A model generated the notes under the pieces. It was given only the letters and a program-made list of their open reading frames with translations, made no database searches and was not told the DNA's origin. Positions 40,060 through 55,240 of a DNA stretch of 64,000 nucleotides are shown piece by piece (the stretch's first letter is position 1; each line of letters begins with the position of its first letter). This DNA is from Octopus sinensis (lineage: Eukaryota). The translations under genes were made by a program, and so were the position numbers. The DNA lies in NCBI RefSeq assembly GCF_006345805.1, contig NC_043004.1, positions 38,502,001-38,566,000 on the forward strand, in the 5' to 3' direction.

Positions 40060-40395
40060 CCACACACACACACCACACACATATATATATATATACATAT
40101 ATATATATACAATATATATATATATATGTATATATATACATACATATATATATGTATATATATATACATATATATATATGTATATATATATATCATATAT
40201 ATATATATATATATATACATATATATATGTATATATATATAAACATATATATATGTATATATATATAAACATATATATGTATATATATATAAACATATAT
40301 ATATGTATATATATATAAACATATATATGTATATATATATACATATATATATGTATATATATTATATATACATATATATATATATATATAATACA

Positions 40396-40435
<40 letters not shown>

Positions 40436-40471
40436 AATATATATATATATAATATATATATATATATGTAT

Positions 40472-40514
<43 letters not shown>

Positions 40515-41384
40515 AATTAGTAGACAAACGAAAGAAGCGTAATCGAGACAATTACTGGGAGCTACATATAAGGATCGAAACAGTTTAATTCAAACGCTTG
40601 TTCTTCTGAGTTTCAAGCGTGTAGCTAGTTTTCGACCATTCACTCTAAATGAGAGTTCGATTGAAAACAGTCAATATTTACTGCTGGAAGTCAGCCTACA
40701 ATTCGTCGAGAAAGATCACGCAGTGTAGAAGTTTTTTGCTGGTATTTCATCGACGATTCGTCCACTAGTAAACATTAAGTCCCTTCAAGCGAACTTTGAA
40801 TCATACTCAATGGCTGAAGAGTAGCTACATGCTTGAAACTCAGAGAACCAGGGAGTTTAAATCAAACTGTTTCGATTTATTTATATATATATATATATAT
40901 TATCCATATAAAAATATCTTCTACATTAAAACACATTAAGAGGCTTCCATCATAGGAAAGCCTTGCACTAGAAAGAGCAGTAAACAACTCAAAGAACTAA
41001 TTAGGGACAAATTCCTATGATGGAAGCCTCTTAACGTATTCTAATGTACATGATATTTGTATATGAATAATATATGGTCTATTGACTAATTTTTTGCGCT
41101 AGGCCACTGGTATAAACATTTCTATAATCCTTGTTATCCGAATATTACTTATTATGTTTAAATGATTTTTGATAAATTTATTCGAGGTTTTACCGGCATC
41201 CTCTCTGTTGCCGGAAATAAATTGCGTCTGCGCGGTTTATTTGAAAAGTTAGAATCAGTGGCCCAGCAAAAAAACTTGCTAAGCGGGTGCAAACCCAGGT
41301 CCTAATGTTTTTAATGAAAAATGTGGATTTTTCCAATGTGGATTTTTCAATTTCTTCTATGAGAACGGATGAGTAAGAATATTA

Positions 41385-43860
41385 AAATTTAAGCAGTAAT
41401 TTATACTGCTCAGAACTAGGGTTTTTCCTAAAAATAAAACTAACTACCGGTTCCCTTTTCATGAATGTTCGTAGGATGCAGCCTATGAGTTTGCTGCATT
41501 TAAAGGTTAGTTTGATAATATGGCTGATGGAAAATGCATCATATGACATGATTACACCTAAGTACTGTATGTCATTAGTGCTCTGAATCATTATGTTACC
41601 CTGTGTCAAATATTGCGATTTGGTTGAATTCGTTTGTAATGAGGAAGCTGAAACTTTGATGTACTAATTTTCGTATTTTTTCTGGTTTAGATCCTAGCCA
41701 TCGATATTCTTGTGTAATTCATTCCCTGATGTATACGACGTATTACAGGTAACTTAGAGAGAAAACCATTTGCAGTAATAGGTTGACCCCAACCATATAG
41801 AGAGTTAAAGAACCATTCTCCGACTTTTCCTATGATACCAAGATTTCCTAAATTATGACGGATGATTCTATGATCAGTCTTGTCAAACGCCTTAACAATA
41901 TCAAGGTTTTAACAGTCAAGGATCTTTCCACTTAAGAGATTATTAGAGGTAGTGTTATGATGCTGTAAGAATTGAGACAGGCAACGTCGTTCAGTCCGAA
42001 ACCTATACCGAGCCTCATCTAAGTTGTTTTCCTCCAGGTATGTTATTACTTTTTGTCTTTGGACAAGGCATTGGATAATTTTAGTCGTGTAAGACGTGAG
42101 GGAAACAGGTCTGTAATTTTTAGCTTCAGTACTGCTACCTCCTTTGTTCCTATATAGGTTTTATTATAGCTTCTTTCAATAGTCTCGGGAATATGGCGGT
42201 ATCTGGCGACTTTTAAAACAGTACCTTTAATGATTTTATGAGGTGGCTTTTGCACGTTTTTAGCAATATAACTGGAATACTATTTGGTACAGATGTTGAG
42301 TTTGGGCCTAAATCATTAATAGCCGCAAGTATATCAACTTCCATGATATTATTTAAGTTGTGTCTTTGCACTTGAGTTTTAGGATCAAAGAATTCGCTTG
42401 GATTATGCACGGGGCTGCGATACGGACAGAAAATGCGACCTTGCGCCTGTTGAAACAAAGTGTCGGGGATAGAGTTTGCGATCATGCCCACGAAGACCTC
42501 TATCCGGCGCAGGGGTGAAAATCTCCGCAAATGGTAGGCTTACATGTCCGTTGAAGATGCTGAAAGTCGGATGAGATCTCTCTGCATCCTCCGTCGTTTG
42601 AGTGAAGGCAATGCCAGCCGTCGGAGATGTTCCTCTTACGCACGCTTAGACAAGCCTGCACCCATTCGGGTGGCCAAGTGCTGAACCCATTCCAGGTGCT
42701 AAATGTCTTTTTGGAGATATGGGTTTGAGGTATGGATGTAATATTCGAGGATGGGTCGAACTAGAGTGATATATACAGGCCAAAAGACGTCCATTGAAAG
42801 GTTAGCAAAGGATCGGTGGATGATGAAAAGACTCCTTCTGGCTTTGTTCGCCGCCTCGATGCCTTGCCGTGGTAGTTTGAAAGTAGTATCGATCACTATT
42901 CTGAGATCCTTTTCTTCAGGGACCATCTTAAGATGTTGATGTTTGTGGTCAATAGTCAAAGGAGAGTTTGGAGGTGAACTTATTGGCAAATGGCTGCATT
43001 TTGAGGCGTTCAAGTTCAGTTTCCCTTCCTCCGCTCAATTCTAAGCTCGGTTCAGCAACAATTGGAGTATGTCGTATTGATTCCTAGGTGAGACAAGTTT
43101 GACGTCGTCTGCAAATAGGAGAACTCTTCCATCAAGAAAATCTGACAGGTCGTTGATATATAGAAGGAATAGTATTGACCCCAGCACTGACCCCTAGGGA
43201 ACGCCACTGCATGCATTCGTCTCCGCTGAGAGATCTCCATTTATCTGCACCCAAAATGTTCGATAGCTCAGGAAGGAAGAAATCCACAAAATCAACAATG
43301 GATGAATCTTGAATGCTCGAAGTTTGCGCAAGAGAAGTCAGTGATTAACGGAGTCAAATGTCTTTGCGAAGTCCAAAACTACCACGCCCACCAAGTCTTT
43401 TTCATCCATGGTCCTTGTAATCCATTCTTCAAGAAGGAGAAGATTTGTTAGGCAAGATCTTCAGGTAGAAATCCATGCTGCGAGTCGGATATTTCTTTGC
43501 ACCATATACAGATAATTGTATAATGCTTTGGTTGGAAATAGCTGTGGGAAGGACATGAATATTGTGAATAAAAATAAAGTCGAGTATGCTATTTTCCCCT
43601 AATTGGACAGGTAATAATTTGTTGTATGGGAAAGTCTTTTGTTGTATCGAGAAAAGGGTTCATATTCCTCCACATCAGTTGCTTGGTTCCAGGCTGGATA
43701 TAATCCTCGGACCAGGTAAGATTAGTAAAATTAAAGACCCCTGTTAAAAGCATATTAGCCTGTATGCTGGCCTCAGCTAGGGTTAGACTTGTGAGTAAAA
43801 GAAAAGCACCTCTGAAGTGATCTTCGTGGTTAATCGCGTCAGGATGACGGTAGGTAATGC
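41385..43860 (-). mobile_element. Degraded CR1-group LINE fragments (at least two pieces)
   Basis: DFAKTFDSVNH, PQG.VLGSILFLLYINDL, FADDVKL, YITLVRPILEY; also IQYLGVIM..LIGCILRTF and NSIPVILLKTCK. Confidence 0.75.
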
Positions 43861-44756
43861 TTTTAATATCATTTCCTTTTTATATAAATTAGTCTGAAAT
43901 TGTCGAATACATTTCTTTGAAAATTAGGTAATTTCGGGGTTGCTCTGCAATCATTTATAGTTAAATGTTTCCTTTAAAAAGTTTTTTTTTTATTAAACTG
44001 GACTAGTATTTCGAATGAGCAATAAGTATCAAAGCATTTAACAATTAGCATTAAATATCAAAGATAAAAATAAATCATTTTGTTCCCTTGTCAAACTTTA
44101 GACCTAACAACCTAAATGAGAAAACAGATATAGGCTGAGGTCAAACAGTCGAATCCATTCAACCATGTCGTCAGTCTTTAGCAACATCAACTTCAAAGAA
44201 CTTGAGAGAGGTGACAGACTGAGAGAGGACAAGAACCATCACACATTTTCAGCATTGCAAGATTTTGGAGTTATTTTTGTCAGAATAGAGCTGTCTTCAA
44301 TTATCCAAGTAATGCTATGTATTGAAGAGTCGCCGTAGATGCTGGTCATATTGTTGTTCTTGTTGTTTGCTGCTACTGTTGTTGTTGTCACATACTTTTT
44401 TATTTTGACGCTACTTTGCTTCAGAAGTTGGTTAGTCATAAAGTCCCTTGGGAATTTTAAGCCCAGCTTCATCACTTTTATTTATTTATTTTTGTTCTTT
44501 GTTTTTGCTTTGAGACGAAATCTAGCTTCAAGCATCTTATACAGATAATTTTTTAGACACTATTTTCTGAAACTGGTAAAATTATGTAGGGCGGTGCAAA
44601 TTTTGATCTTGCACCACCTGAAAATTCCAAGGGGTGCAGGTGCACCCGCTGCACCCGCTGCACCCCCTGTTCCCGAGCCCTTGGTTAGAATATACAGATA
44701 ATGAGTTTACAGGCGGAATCAATCTCGTTGTGTGTATATTTAAAATCTAAAGGCTA

Positions 44757-44822
44757 CCTACTGATGAAGACTGGCCTCAGTAAATTTATTTTACTGAAAT
44801 AAGTCAGAAACCATGGTCTAGG
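44757..44822 (+). ncRNA. Minimal type-I hammerhead ribozyme
   Basis: Stem I CCTA/TAGG; CTGATGA; stem II GACT/AGTC with inner hairpin TCAGTAAA/TTTACTGA; GAAA; palindrome ACCATGGT; GTC cleavage at 44818. An extra A flanks stem II on each side. Confidence 0.75.
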
Positions 44823-45941
44823 AACTAAAATAGATGGTAAATGTTTTTAATTTTCTTTCCCTTTGTGAATTTATCCCTAATTAGTGGTTTGAGTTCTTTA
44901 CTGCTCTTTCCAGCGAAAGGCTTTCCTATAATGGAAGCCTCTTAATGTGTTTTAATGTACACGATATCTTTATATGAATAATATATAGTCTGACTAATTT
45001 TTGTTTTGCGCTAGGCCACTGGTAATAAGAATTCTATAATTCTTATTACCCTAATATTACTTATGATATATATATATATATATATAATATGTAGGAGTTA
45101 ATATTTATAGAGATATTATTAATGTTATTATTGATAACAGACTAATAATAATATACATTGTTGCAGGCCTGAATTTGCATTATATAGCCATAAAATTAAA
45201 ATTCATATCATAAGGCCACAGGAATGTGCTTGCTTGCTAGAGATAAGAGTTAAAACTCTCATCAAACCACCAATAATAACACTGAAAATAACAACAGAAA
45301 ACAACAGTATTCTGGCAAACGGAGCGAAAAAATTCCTTCACATACCTATAAAGCAGAATGCTATTTCTTCCTTGATATTAGTATACAGATGGATTGATTT
45401 GTAGTTTGACATAAATCTTGCATTCATCACCACGGGTCGACCATATGGAAAAATCTTCCCAAACTACTACTTCTACTACTAAATCTGCTCGCCCTTTGAA
45501 TTGTTTTGCGCCAAATCACAGCAGCCTCAGTGTATAAAGTATCAATACGGAGCAAATATTCTGGAGCGAATATTTATATACATATTAATATTGTTATTAT
45601 TATCGAGGGCAACACAAATAATTGATAGTAACAGGTGTAAATTAACCTTATATAGCCATATAAATAAAATTAATATCATAAGGCCATTCGAAAGGGCCTG
45701 CTTGCTAGACATAATATTCAAAGCCCTCATTAAACCCCCCAATGATAACACCGAAAAAAAAAACACACGGGCAAACGGATACAAAAAAATTCTTTCAGAA
45801 ACCTATATAACAAAATAATGATAATGAACATTCCAGGAGTTGTAGAGTCATTCGGAGCACTACCAAACAAACATGTGAGCAGATCAAACCCAAAAAACGG
45901 TTGAATGTCTCCAAGCATAATTAACAACCAAATATCAAAGC

Positions 45942-45977
<36 letters not shown>

Positions 45978-45979
<2 letters not shown>

Positions 45980-47812
45980 GGATATAAAATGTTTAATAAA
46001 AATATAAATCATATCATTTACATGGATGATTTAAAGCTCTTTGCAAAAAATGACCAACAACTCAAGGGCTTACTAGCGATTGTCAAAAAATTCAGTAACG
46101 ACATCAGAATGCAATTTGGCCTCGATAAATGTGCAAAAGCTACCTTTATCAAAGGAAAATTGACAGAACCATCTAACGTTAACCTTGACCAGCAGAATGT
46201 CATAAAAGAATTAGAACCAGCGGAGAGCTACAAGTACCTAGGGGTAATTGAAGGGGACGGAATAAGGCATTCAGAGATCAAGGAAAGGATCAGGAGAGAA
46301 TGTTATCGCAGAGTAAGAGCAATACTCAAGACAGAGCTGAATGCGAGAAACAGGATTGAAGCGATCAATGCATTAGCCATACCAGTCGTGACTTACGGTT
46401 TCAATATCGTTAACTGGTCAATTACTGAAATGTGTTATCTTGACAGAAAAAATACGAAAACTATTAACGGTGCCCCAGCATGGCCACAGCTCATAAGCTG
46501 AAACTAGAATCAATCAATCAATCAATCAATGCATAGAATGCACCACCCTAAGGCAGATACAGAACGACTTTATCTGCCAAGAAAAGAGGGAGCCCGTGGA
46601 CTTTTACAACTGGCAATAACAATGAAGATTGCTACAATTGGCCTAGACACCTACCTGAAAAACTCTGAGGACTGGATGTTAAAACTTGTCTCAAAACATG
46701 AAAACAAGAAAGCATCATACTCAGTAACAAAACAGGCAAAGGAATATCTAAGTGAATTCCGAATACAACACATTTCGGAATTAGAGATAGACATACAAGA
46801 AACAAGCACAGAAAAAGCTAAGCGCATGAAAACCCGTGCTAAAACCGCTGCCTTAGATATTCTGAATGATAAATGGCAAGAAAAACCTCTCTATCGCAAA
46901 TAACCAAAGAGACCGAATAATGCAGATGTTGACAAAGCCCTGACCCATCAATGGCTAATGGCCTCTGGCTTAAAATCTGAAACAGAGGGGTTTATCATAG
47001 TAGCTCAAGATCAATGCCTACCAACAAGAAACTACCAGGCCAACATACTAAAGAACGGCAGTAGCCCAACATGTCGTGTATGTCAACAACAAAATGAAAC
47101 CATTGATCATGTTGTCTCCAAGTGCAATCTTCTAGCGCCTACAGAGTATCTCAACAGGCATGATAGAGCTGCACAATATATTCAGTGGGTAAATTGCAAA
47201 AAACCTGGATTTGCCCCATGAAAAAAACTGGTGGGAACACAAACCACCTCAAGTGCTTGAAAATTACCACATCTCACTCCTCTGGAACTTCACCATACAA
47301 ACTGGCAGAAAGATAGATGCAAATAGGCCAGACATCATATTGAAAGACTTCAGACAAAGAACATGCCTCCTCATTGATATGACTGTCCCAATCGATATAA
47401 ACGTATCTGTCAAGACCTATCAAAAACTGAGCAAATATAAAGATCTTGAAATCGAAATCAGCAAAATGTGGAAGCTGAAGACTAAAACAATACCTGTTGT
47501 CATAGGTGCCCTGGGAATGATAGTGAAAGGGGCTGATTGCTACCTAACTCAGATACCAGGAAACCCCAAAATGGCAGAAATTTAAAAGATAGTGCTCATG
47601 GGAACTGCTCATATCCTACGCAAAATATGTAATCTCAAGGTTTAAAACAAACAATTATTTTTTATTAGACATTCACTAGTACAACACCAAAAAAACCCCA
47701 AATATATGGCACACTAGGCATAACAACAACGTGAACTTCTAACCTGTTGTCTCTTGAGGTCTCCGGATGAGACTTGGAGCCAACTTGTACAAATATAAAG
47801 CAAAAGTCAAAC

Positions 47813-47814
<2 letters not shown>
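45978..47814 (+). mobile_element. R4/Dong-like family B, copy 2 (5'-truncated, degraded), between (TAA)n runs
   Basis: About 94% similar to 631-2421. YMDDLKL, CCHC and REL motifs. (TAA)n at 45942-45977 and 47815-47907. Confidence 0.9.
46469..46526 (+). mobile_element. Ultra-short 3' end of a CR1/L2-group LINE with (TCAA)n tail, nested in Dong copy 2
   Basis: GGTGCCCCAGCATGGCCACAGCTCATAAGCTGAAACTAGAA(TCAA)n. Absent from copy 1 at about 1097; matches the LINE end at 15410-15450. Confidence 0.8.
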
Positions 47815-47866
<52 letters not shown>

Positions 47867-47907
47867 TAATAATAATAATAATGATAATAATAATAATAAT
47901 AATAATA

Positions 47908-47957
<50 letters not shown>

Positions 47958-47958
<1 letters not shown>

Positions 47959-48455
47959 CCCTGATGCAGTACCAGACTGGCTCTCGTGGCTTCTGATCTT
48001 AACTGATTGGAAATGTTATCATGGACATTGTTTTGTCTTGGTCTAAAATATGGGCTATTGCAAATATTCTGCTCAATACCACAGATTTTCCTGTCAGTTG
48101 TTTCACCTTAACCAGTTGAGCATGTTCCTTAGTGACTGACGGTATGTGCATCTCTGATCACGAGCACAAGTAGTAGGGGAACATCATAGCCATGTGTTGA
48201 GAGGGATTCTTTGGGGTTTGAATAATTCACCTCTGGATACATGTGAGGTTCGTTTAACATCCTTAAACAACTCTTATTCAGGGAACTTTTGAGAGGGGAT
48301 GGGTTACTAGTCAAGAAGAAAATTGCAACTTGGCCCCACCGGCAAGGTCATGTGCTTAGTGTATCCTTATCAGACGGGTAGTCATGATGCGTATACTGGG
48401 CTTCGAATATTTTACCCCGGTGTCACTTTGATGGCATACACTGCTCTTTCACACA
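47958..48455 (+). mobile_element. SINE-like repeat(s), family B, with a (TAA)n tail after 48455
   Basis: Shares the 28-bp motif seen at 2523-2595 and ends in (TAA)n at 48455-48566. No coding capacity. Confidence 0.5.
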
Positions 48456-48506
48456 ATAATAATAATAATAATAATAATGATAATAATAATAATAATAATA
48501 ATAATG

Positions 48507-48565
<59 letters not shown>

Positions 48566-48649
48566 TGACCTCGTCTCAGCCACTTTTTCTTTAACATTTT
48601 GACCAAAATATTAAACTCTGCGTTTAGCAGAATTATGGGCTGAAAATTA

Positions 48650-49330
48650 ACCTAGTACGTCCCAACTGTCGCCGCCCTTCTTCGGCAGTTTCACCACAAT
48701 CCGACTAACAGCATTAGGAATTCTTCCCCCATCTGTTGCCTTTACCAATCGTCTCTTCTAGCTTCCTAACTAGTTTTCCCTCTAATATATTTCTTTCTAT
48801 TGCAAAATGCCATTGATTCTGTTCTAATCGCTTTCTTCGGGTTATTACTAAAGTTTGTTGACGAATGACCTCATCAACTACCGCTTAACTAGTTCGATAC
48901 TCCTTCCAGTACCTGAGTCCCTGCCTACGAGTCCTTTCTAAATCGACTGTGCAGATAACAAATTTGTGGTCTGTGTAGGTGACCAATTTCAATTGTGGAC
49001 ACCTTATGCTACCCCTCTCCGCTGACTTAACAAATACTACTCTATCTAGATACTATCTGGATTACCCATTGTGTTTACTCCATACCCACAGTGACACATC
49101 AGGGATATCCAGTCGATATCTGCCAGACTGCTGGAAGTTTCTGAGCAGGTTTCCGATCCTTTTACATCCCTTTCTGTGCATCCAAAATGCTATTCTAACT
49201 CTCCACTAGTACTCTGCGTTACGGAAGGCCTGCGGCAAGTTACACAGTTCGAACTTGGCATCCCAAAGCCTTGGCCGGCAATCAAGCTAGAGCCTGTGTT
49301 GTATTTGGTGTAACCCTTTACATGAAAATC
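48650..49330 (-). mobile_element. Degraded Tx1/L1-like endonuclease fragment
   Basis: The minus-strand reading YLDRVVFVK...CPQ..VTYTDHKFVICTVDLERTRRQGLRYWK parallels 62930-63080. Confidence 0.65.
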
Positions 49331-49479
49331 TCAAATAAATACACCCAAGCAGCAAACGCTGTAAAATATCATTCTCATTCCTTGCAATGATAACAATTTG
49401 CAACTAAATAAGGGCATGAAAGGGTAGACTTCCTTGGATAGCCAAAACACCAGATCTCCCCCGCCCGGCAGGGGCCCCT

Positions 49480-51110
49480 CAGAGGGCACCTGAGTGGAAG
49501 ACCAGACTCCACACAGTCGTAGTCCTTTTACTCTTCAAAATATGCAACGTGCTCGCAAGTGCAGGTGTCTGTTGGTTTGTAAAAGGCAATTAAGTGCCAT
49601 GAACAAGACTTGCTACACAAGAACAATGGCTAAAATAAGAATGTCGGTGAAAACATCGAGGAGGATAATGTGGGTAAAGATTAGCGAATGCGCAGGCAAG
49701 GTGAAGTTGTAGTAGAGGAGAGGTTAGCCAGTCAATATAATATGAATCGCTTTACGAGAGGACATGACTGAGGAACAGAAAAGCCTCAGGATAAGATTCT
49801 GAGACATTATGGTTTTAATTAGTGAGACCAAGCCGGTGAATTTGAGAAGCTTCGCCCGTAAAAATGTGAAACGCGTGACCCCAATGTTTGATGAGATTCT
49901 GAAATACATTCTAACAAAAGAGCTAACGGAGACAACAGACTTGATCAGATCCGTTTCAATTATAGTAGGTGAACTTGTTGGAAAGAGATAGAGGAAAGCA
50001 GACGGAGAGAAGGAGGCATGATGGAAGCGGAGAACAGAAGGCGACATTAAAACTTTCCATAAAGATCTGAGTCGCATAGAAAAATAGTCCAAAGTTCAAT
50101 GGGAAAGGCTAAAAAAAGGTGCAAGGTAAAATCTGGCCGCAAAATACCAAATAGAAAAAATCCGCTGAAAATTGTCAGCGAAACCCTAAAACAACGTGTG
50201 CGAGCAAAGACATTAAAGGTGCAACACTAAACTGATCACATATCGCAGTTCCTGCAACAAAAGTTATCAAATAACCAGAGGCAGTTTTATTTTAGAACAT
50301 AGGAGGAGATACAAAAGATAATATGCCCCCTGAAGCAGAGAAAGCCCAGCAAATTTGGAATAACATCTGGGAGCAAGACGTTTCTAACAACCACGGTACC
50401 GAGTGGAGTCATTCCATGAGATTTGAACTCCATAACCTCGAGTCTCCACTACAGGTCCATGTGTTCATAACAAGGAAAGATATAATTGCATAGGTATCAA
50501 AAGTGCCAAACTGTAAGGCGGCAGGTCCAGACGGAATTTTAGGCTACTGGCTCAAGTGGTTTAGGTCAATACATAAGCGAATTTCGTTGTAATTAGGCAA
50601 TTGCCTACAGAGGGGTACAATTCCGGAATGGATTGTAGAGAGAAAGACAACATTGTTGATGAAAGATCGGTCAAAGGCAATGAGGTTGGCAACTGTCTTA
50701 ACCTCTTATAGAAATGTTAATAGGCATCCTCGCAGGAAAAATATACACGTTCCTTGCGGAAAATAGTCTACTTCCAGTAGAAGAAAAGGGAGGCCGACAA
50801 GGATCCCAGGACACCAAGGACCACCTTGTGATAATCAACATTGTAAGGAAGAATTGTAAACGGTACCAAACACTTGTGCATGGCCTGGATGAATTTTAAA
50901 AGGCTTACGACATGTTGCCGCATTCGTGGGTTCTTGAAACACTCGGTAAGTGTGGTATAGCTGAGAAAGTATGTACACTGATTAAGGACAGCATGCTTAA
51001 TTGGAAAACACGACTTTGCTGTAACAACCAGCAATTAGCCGAAGTAACAATCAAAAGAGGTATCTTCCAGGGAAATTCTTGTTCATCTTTTAGTTTTGTT
51101 ATATAAAATA
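49480..51110 (+). mobile_element. Old, degraded R4-clade retrotransposon (N-terminal region plus RT)
   Basis: WKRRTEGDIK, KVPNCKAAGPDGILGYWLK, FKKAYDMLPHSW, IKRGIFQGNS. Confidence 0.8.
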
Positions 51111-51119
51111 ATTTCTAGA

Positions 51120-54100
51120 TCAAAGCCATTACAGATAAACCTGAAACACAAAACGCTTCAGGGAAAGAATGGCATTGGAAAAAAATGAGAATAAAAATAG
51201 AACTTCTAAAATTGAGGGCCTAAGCAAATGAAGATAAAGTAAAATCTACCGATGAAGAGATCAACCAAGAAATTCGCAAAATGACCCAAGGTCCCGACCA
51301 AGAGAAGATCTCCTAACTATGGAAAGAGGACTGTGACAAAGAAGAACTGAAATCTCTCCAGCGCTGGGAGAAAAGCGCCGCTTGGTTCTCAAACTATGAA
51401 GCCATCTTTCAAACAGAGCACGCTTCCAACAACCCTTTCCTGAAAATAAGAAAATCAAACCAACACTCAAACACTGATTCACACCTGTCTAAAAGTCGAA
51501 ACCATCAAGCCACCCAAAATAAGAATACAGGGCCTAACCCTAACTTTGTAAGCTACCAGCGATACAGTATCGGGAGTACTCTAACTTCAAACAGAGAAAG
51601 AATAAATCACTACCCACAGGATAGACGCTGCAACCTCCTCCCCCCATAAGGAGTTACCAACGAAAGTTTCGTTCCAACAATATACTAAACAACCATGCAC
51701 AACAAACCTGCAACACACGTAATAATTACCAACGACGGACCCTATGGGATATCGGGACATACTTTTCAATATCGCTCCAAGAACCCACACCATAAATCAC
51801 AACAGGGCACCCCGCAACAACAAGAAATAATAGCTACCGTCCCAACCACCGCACTCATTTTTTAGACCCAATAGGCAAACACAGAGACACAAGATAGCAC
51901 CAAACAGGCAGGTGGAACCAAAAGTGATAAAAATTATAAATCTAACTCACAATGAACTAACAGCAAACCAAATCAATATGCTCTCGGAAGGACTCAAGTT
52001 TACACCAACCCCACAACACCCCAACTACAATGAAAAGAAAGACATCGCGGAATTCTGTAGAAAATTACGACTCGCTGAGGAGCTATACGACAAATACAAC
52101 GAGGACGAATCGTTGGTCCGAAATAGGAGTAACTAACCCCCACCCCCCAATTAAAGAACAAAACGCTGTGAACACATGTCGAATTACCCATATCAACACA
52201 TGCACAAACAAAAACACAAACCAAACTTCAGCAAAAAAGAATGGGGTGATCTGAACAAATTAAAAGATGACAAAACAATAACAATCGAAGAGGCTGATAA
52301 AGGGAGTGCAGTTGTCTTAATGGACACGGTATTTTATATAACTTTAGTACTATCCATATTCGAAGACACAACATATTATGAAAAGGCCCAACACTACAGT
52401 CAGCAGGAAATAATGAGAGAACTAAAATCCATGTTATACAAAGAAGGGCTCACCAACAAAGAATATGACTATATAACCAATTTCAAACGTAAAACCAGCC
52501 AATTCTACAGTATTCCCAAGATACACAAAAGTGAGAAAATAAGTAACGCATGCAAGATAGCCACAGACATAATAATTACAGTCCCAACTCCTAATGACCT
52601 CAAATTGAGACCTATAATAGCAGGTCCCGCATGCGAAATCCACCGCCTCAGTAACTTTTTAGATACCCTTTTAAAACAATTCCCCAAGCATGTCAAAAGC
52701 TATATAAGGGATGACCTGGATGTGCTCAATCACCTTAAAACAATGAACAAAAACACCCTACTAGTATCGTTCGATGTAGTCAACCTCTATTCCAATATCC
52801 CCCACAACCTAGGAATAGAGGCAATTCAGTTCTGGCTAGAGAATTACGCCAACGAACCCCTACATCATATCAAAAAAGAATTCGTGATAAAAGGGCTAAA
52901 ATTCATCCTGGAAAATAACTACTTCGCCTTCAGAGACAATTTCTACTGTCAAAAATCATGGACTGCGATGGGTACGCGAATGGCCCCTCATTTGCTAACC
53001 TAGTCACGCGATATCTAGAAATTTGTCTTTATCGTAAGGTTCTAGAAAGATACGGCAGCCCATTCTCCCTCTACATAGAAAATATATGGAAGAGATACCC
53101 AGATGACTGTTTCATTCTTTGGCATGAAATATAGAGAAACTTAAAGAATTCCAAGCACTTTTAGATAGACTTGACGTTAACATTCAATTGACGATGCAAT
53201 ATAGCCAGCAACAACTTCTCTACGCCGACATCCTCATTAAGAAATCTAACAACGTAATAGAAACAGATATATACTATAAGCCTACGGAGTCCAAGCAATA
53301 TCTATAGTTCAACTCATACCACGTCAGACACACCAGAGTGAATATCCCCTTCAACTTAGCAAAAAAGATATGTACTATAGTTTCTAATGCAAACACCAGA
53401 GACACACGACTACATGAACTAAAGTATACGCTCATCACCAGGAACTACCGACCTTCACAAAGTGACATATCTTTTCAACGTGCCCTTCAACTCAACATCC
53501 AGGAACTTAGACATCCCAAATTAAAGAAAAATTTACAACCAAAAGCCCTACCATACATCTCCACACACAACACTCTCAACAATGAAGCCTTCGACACCAT
53601 CCTCCAATACATTCCCCTGCTAAAAAACAGACCACAGAATGAACTTAATCCTCCAACCACACACCATTATAAAAAGCAAGAGACAGCCCAAATCTATGAA
53701 AAGTCTCCTAACACAAGCCCGAATACGCTCAACAACACAGAAGTCGGCAGTAAAAAAAATGCGTAAGACCCAACTGTGGGATATGCGACTATTTAATTGA
53801 GGGATCAGAGTTCTCCTTTAAAGAGGGACAACGTTTCACAGCGAAAAGCAACTTCATACATGCTTCTGATAATCTGATATACGCACTAACCTGCTCTGGG
53901 TGTCAAGAGCAATACTTAGGCCAAACAAAAAACAGACTACGTAAAAGATTGGCTCTGCACATATCCCAGATAAAAATCCCCCAACACAGAAAAATAGTAT
54001 TCAGCCAACACATAGACATTTGTGCCAATAACAAAAATCCAGGCTTCAGAATTTTTCACAAGCTGGAGCCAACGAATTAGTAAAGATACTCTCTTTATTA

Positions 54101-54180
54101 CAACATACAGACCTCTTTTGAACGCATCTACGACATACGACATATCTACCACGGCCTTAGAATAACACAAATACACACGC
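51120..54180 (+). mobile_element. Penelope-like element (Neptune type), near full length and defective: N-terminus, RT, Cys linker, GIY-YIG
   Basis: IINLTH..LSEGLKFTPTP; RT; KKCVRPNCGICD linker; NLIYALTCSGCQEQYLGQTKNRLRKR (GIY-YIG). Confidence 0.92.
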
Positions 54181-55177
54181 AAATATTAAAAATGATACAC
54201 TCGAAAGATTCCCAAGCATTCATTAAAAAACAGTCCCAATTACTGCTATAATCCATAACGTGCCAATTTTAAGTCCTTTAAACATTTAACACCTTACTAC
54301 TTTCACACTAGCCACACTTCTTCTTCAGACAATATAATAATTTAATAGCACATACACAGTCTATATACGCCAAGGAAAGACATTACACTGGATTTCATTG
54401 CATATCATCGGCCTATTATCTAGTGAAAGTTGACATCGATTTAGGTGGTTTTCAAATGAAGAATAAAAAAGGCCTCAACTAAATACCTCGTTTTTCCAAT
54501 CCACCAAGTCATCATTCATACACATTATCGGTAAAAAAATGAGAATGCGAAGTGATAAGTGGAATACAAATGTCATTCCACTTTCTCTTACCTTTTACAA
54601 GCAACAGGAAAGCAAAGATAATTAAAGATTTCAGCATCTTGGTAGTGTTTCGTTCAATTGCCACAACTAAAACTGATTCTTGAAAATTTTACAGCCTATA
54701 TTTATGCGTTTGGCGAACAATTGAAACGAACTGCATCGCAATATAATACCTCAAATCTTATCTCCTCTCCACACCCTCGCAAAACCTGTGTGACAGGAAT
54801 TTCGAATGAAAATGATTAAGAAATCATGGGATGCAAATTTTCTAAGATTGATAAAAATTATCATAAATACAAATACCTGAAAGTTATTTTTACTCATTTG
54901 CTTTTGTTTGTAGATTTAATTGTCTTTATTTAATTTTCTGAGTTGGTGACAATTGAAAATATCACGTTTTGCAACATCTGTAAACAATACATTGATTAAT
55001 TGGTTCTTACGCAGTGAATAATTGAGCATGCGAAATCTCTTTAAAATGAGAAGTATATTAAGCTTGTAAATCCTGAGATCAAAATTCATGTTAGACATGT
55101 GACAAATTTTACGATCCAATCCTTTACAAGTAAGACCTATATATATACATGAGATGGACAAAATATTGGAAACACAC

Positions 55178-55240
<63 letters not shown>

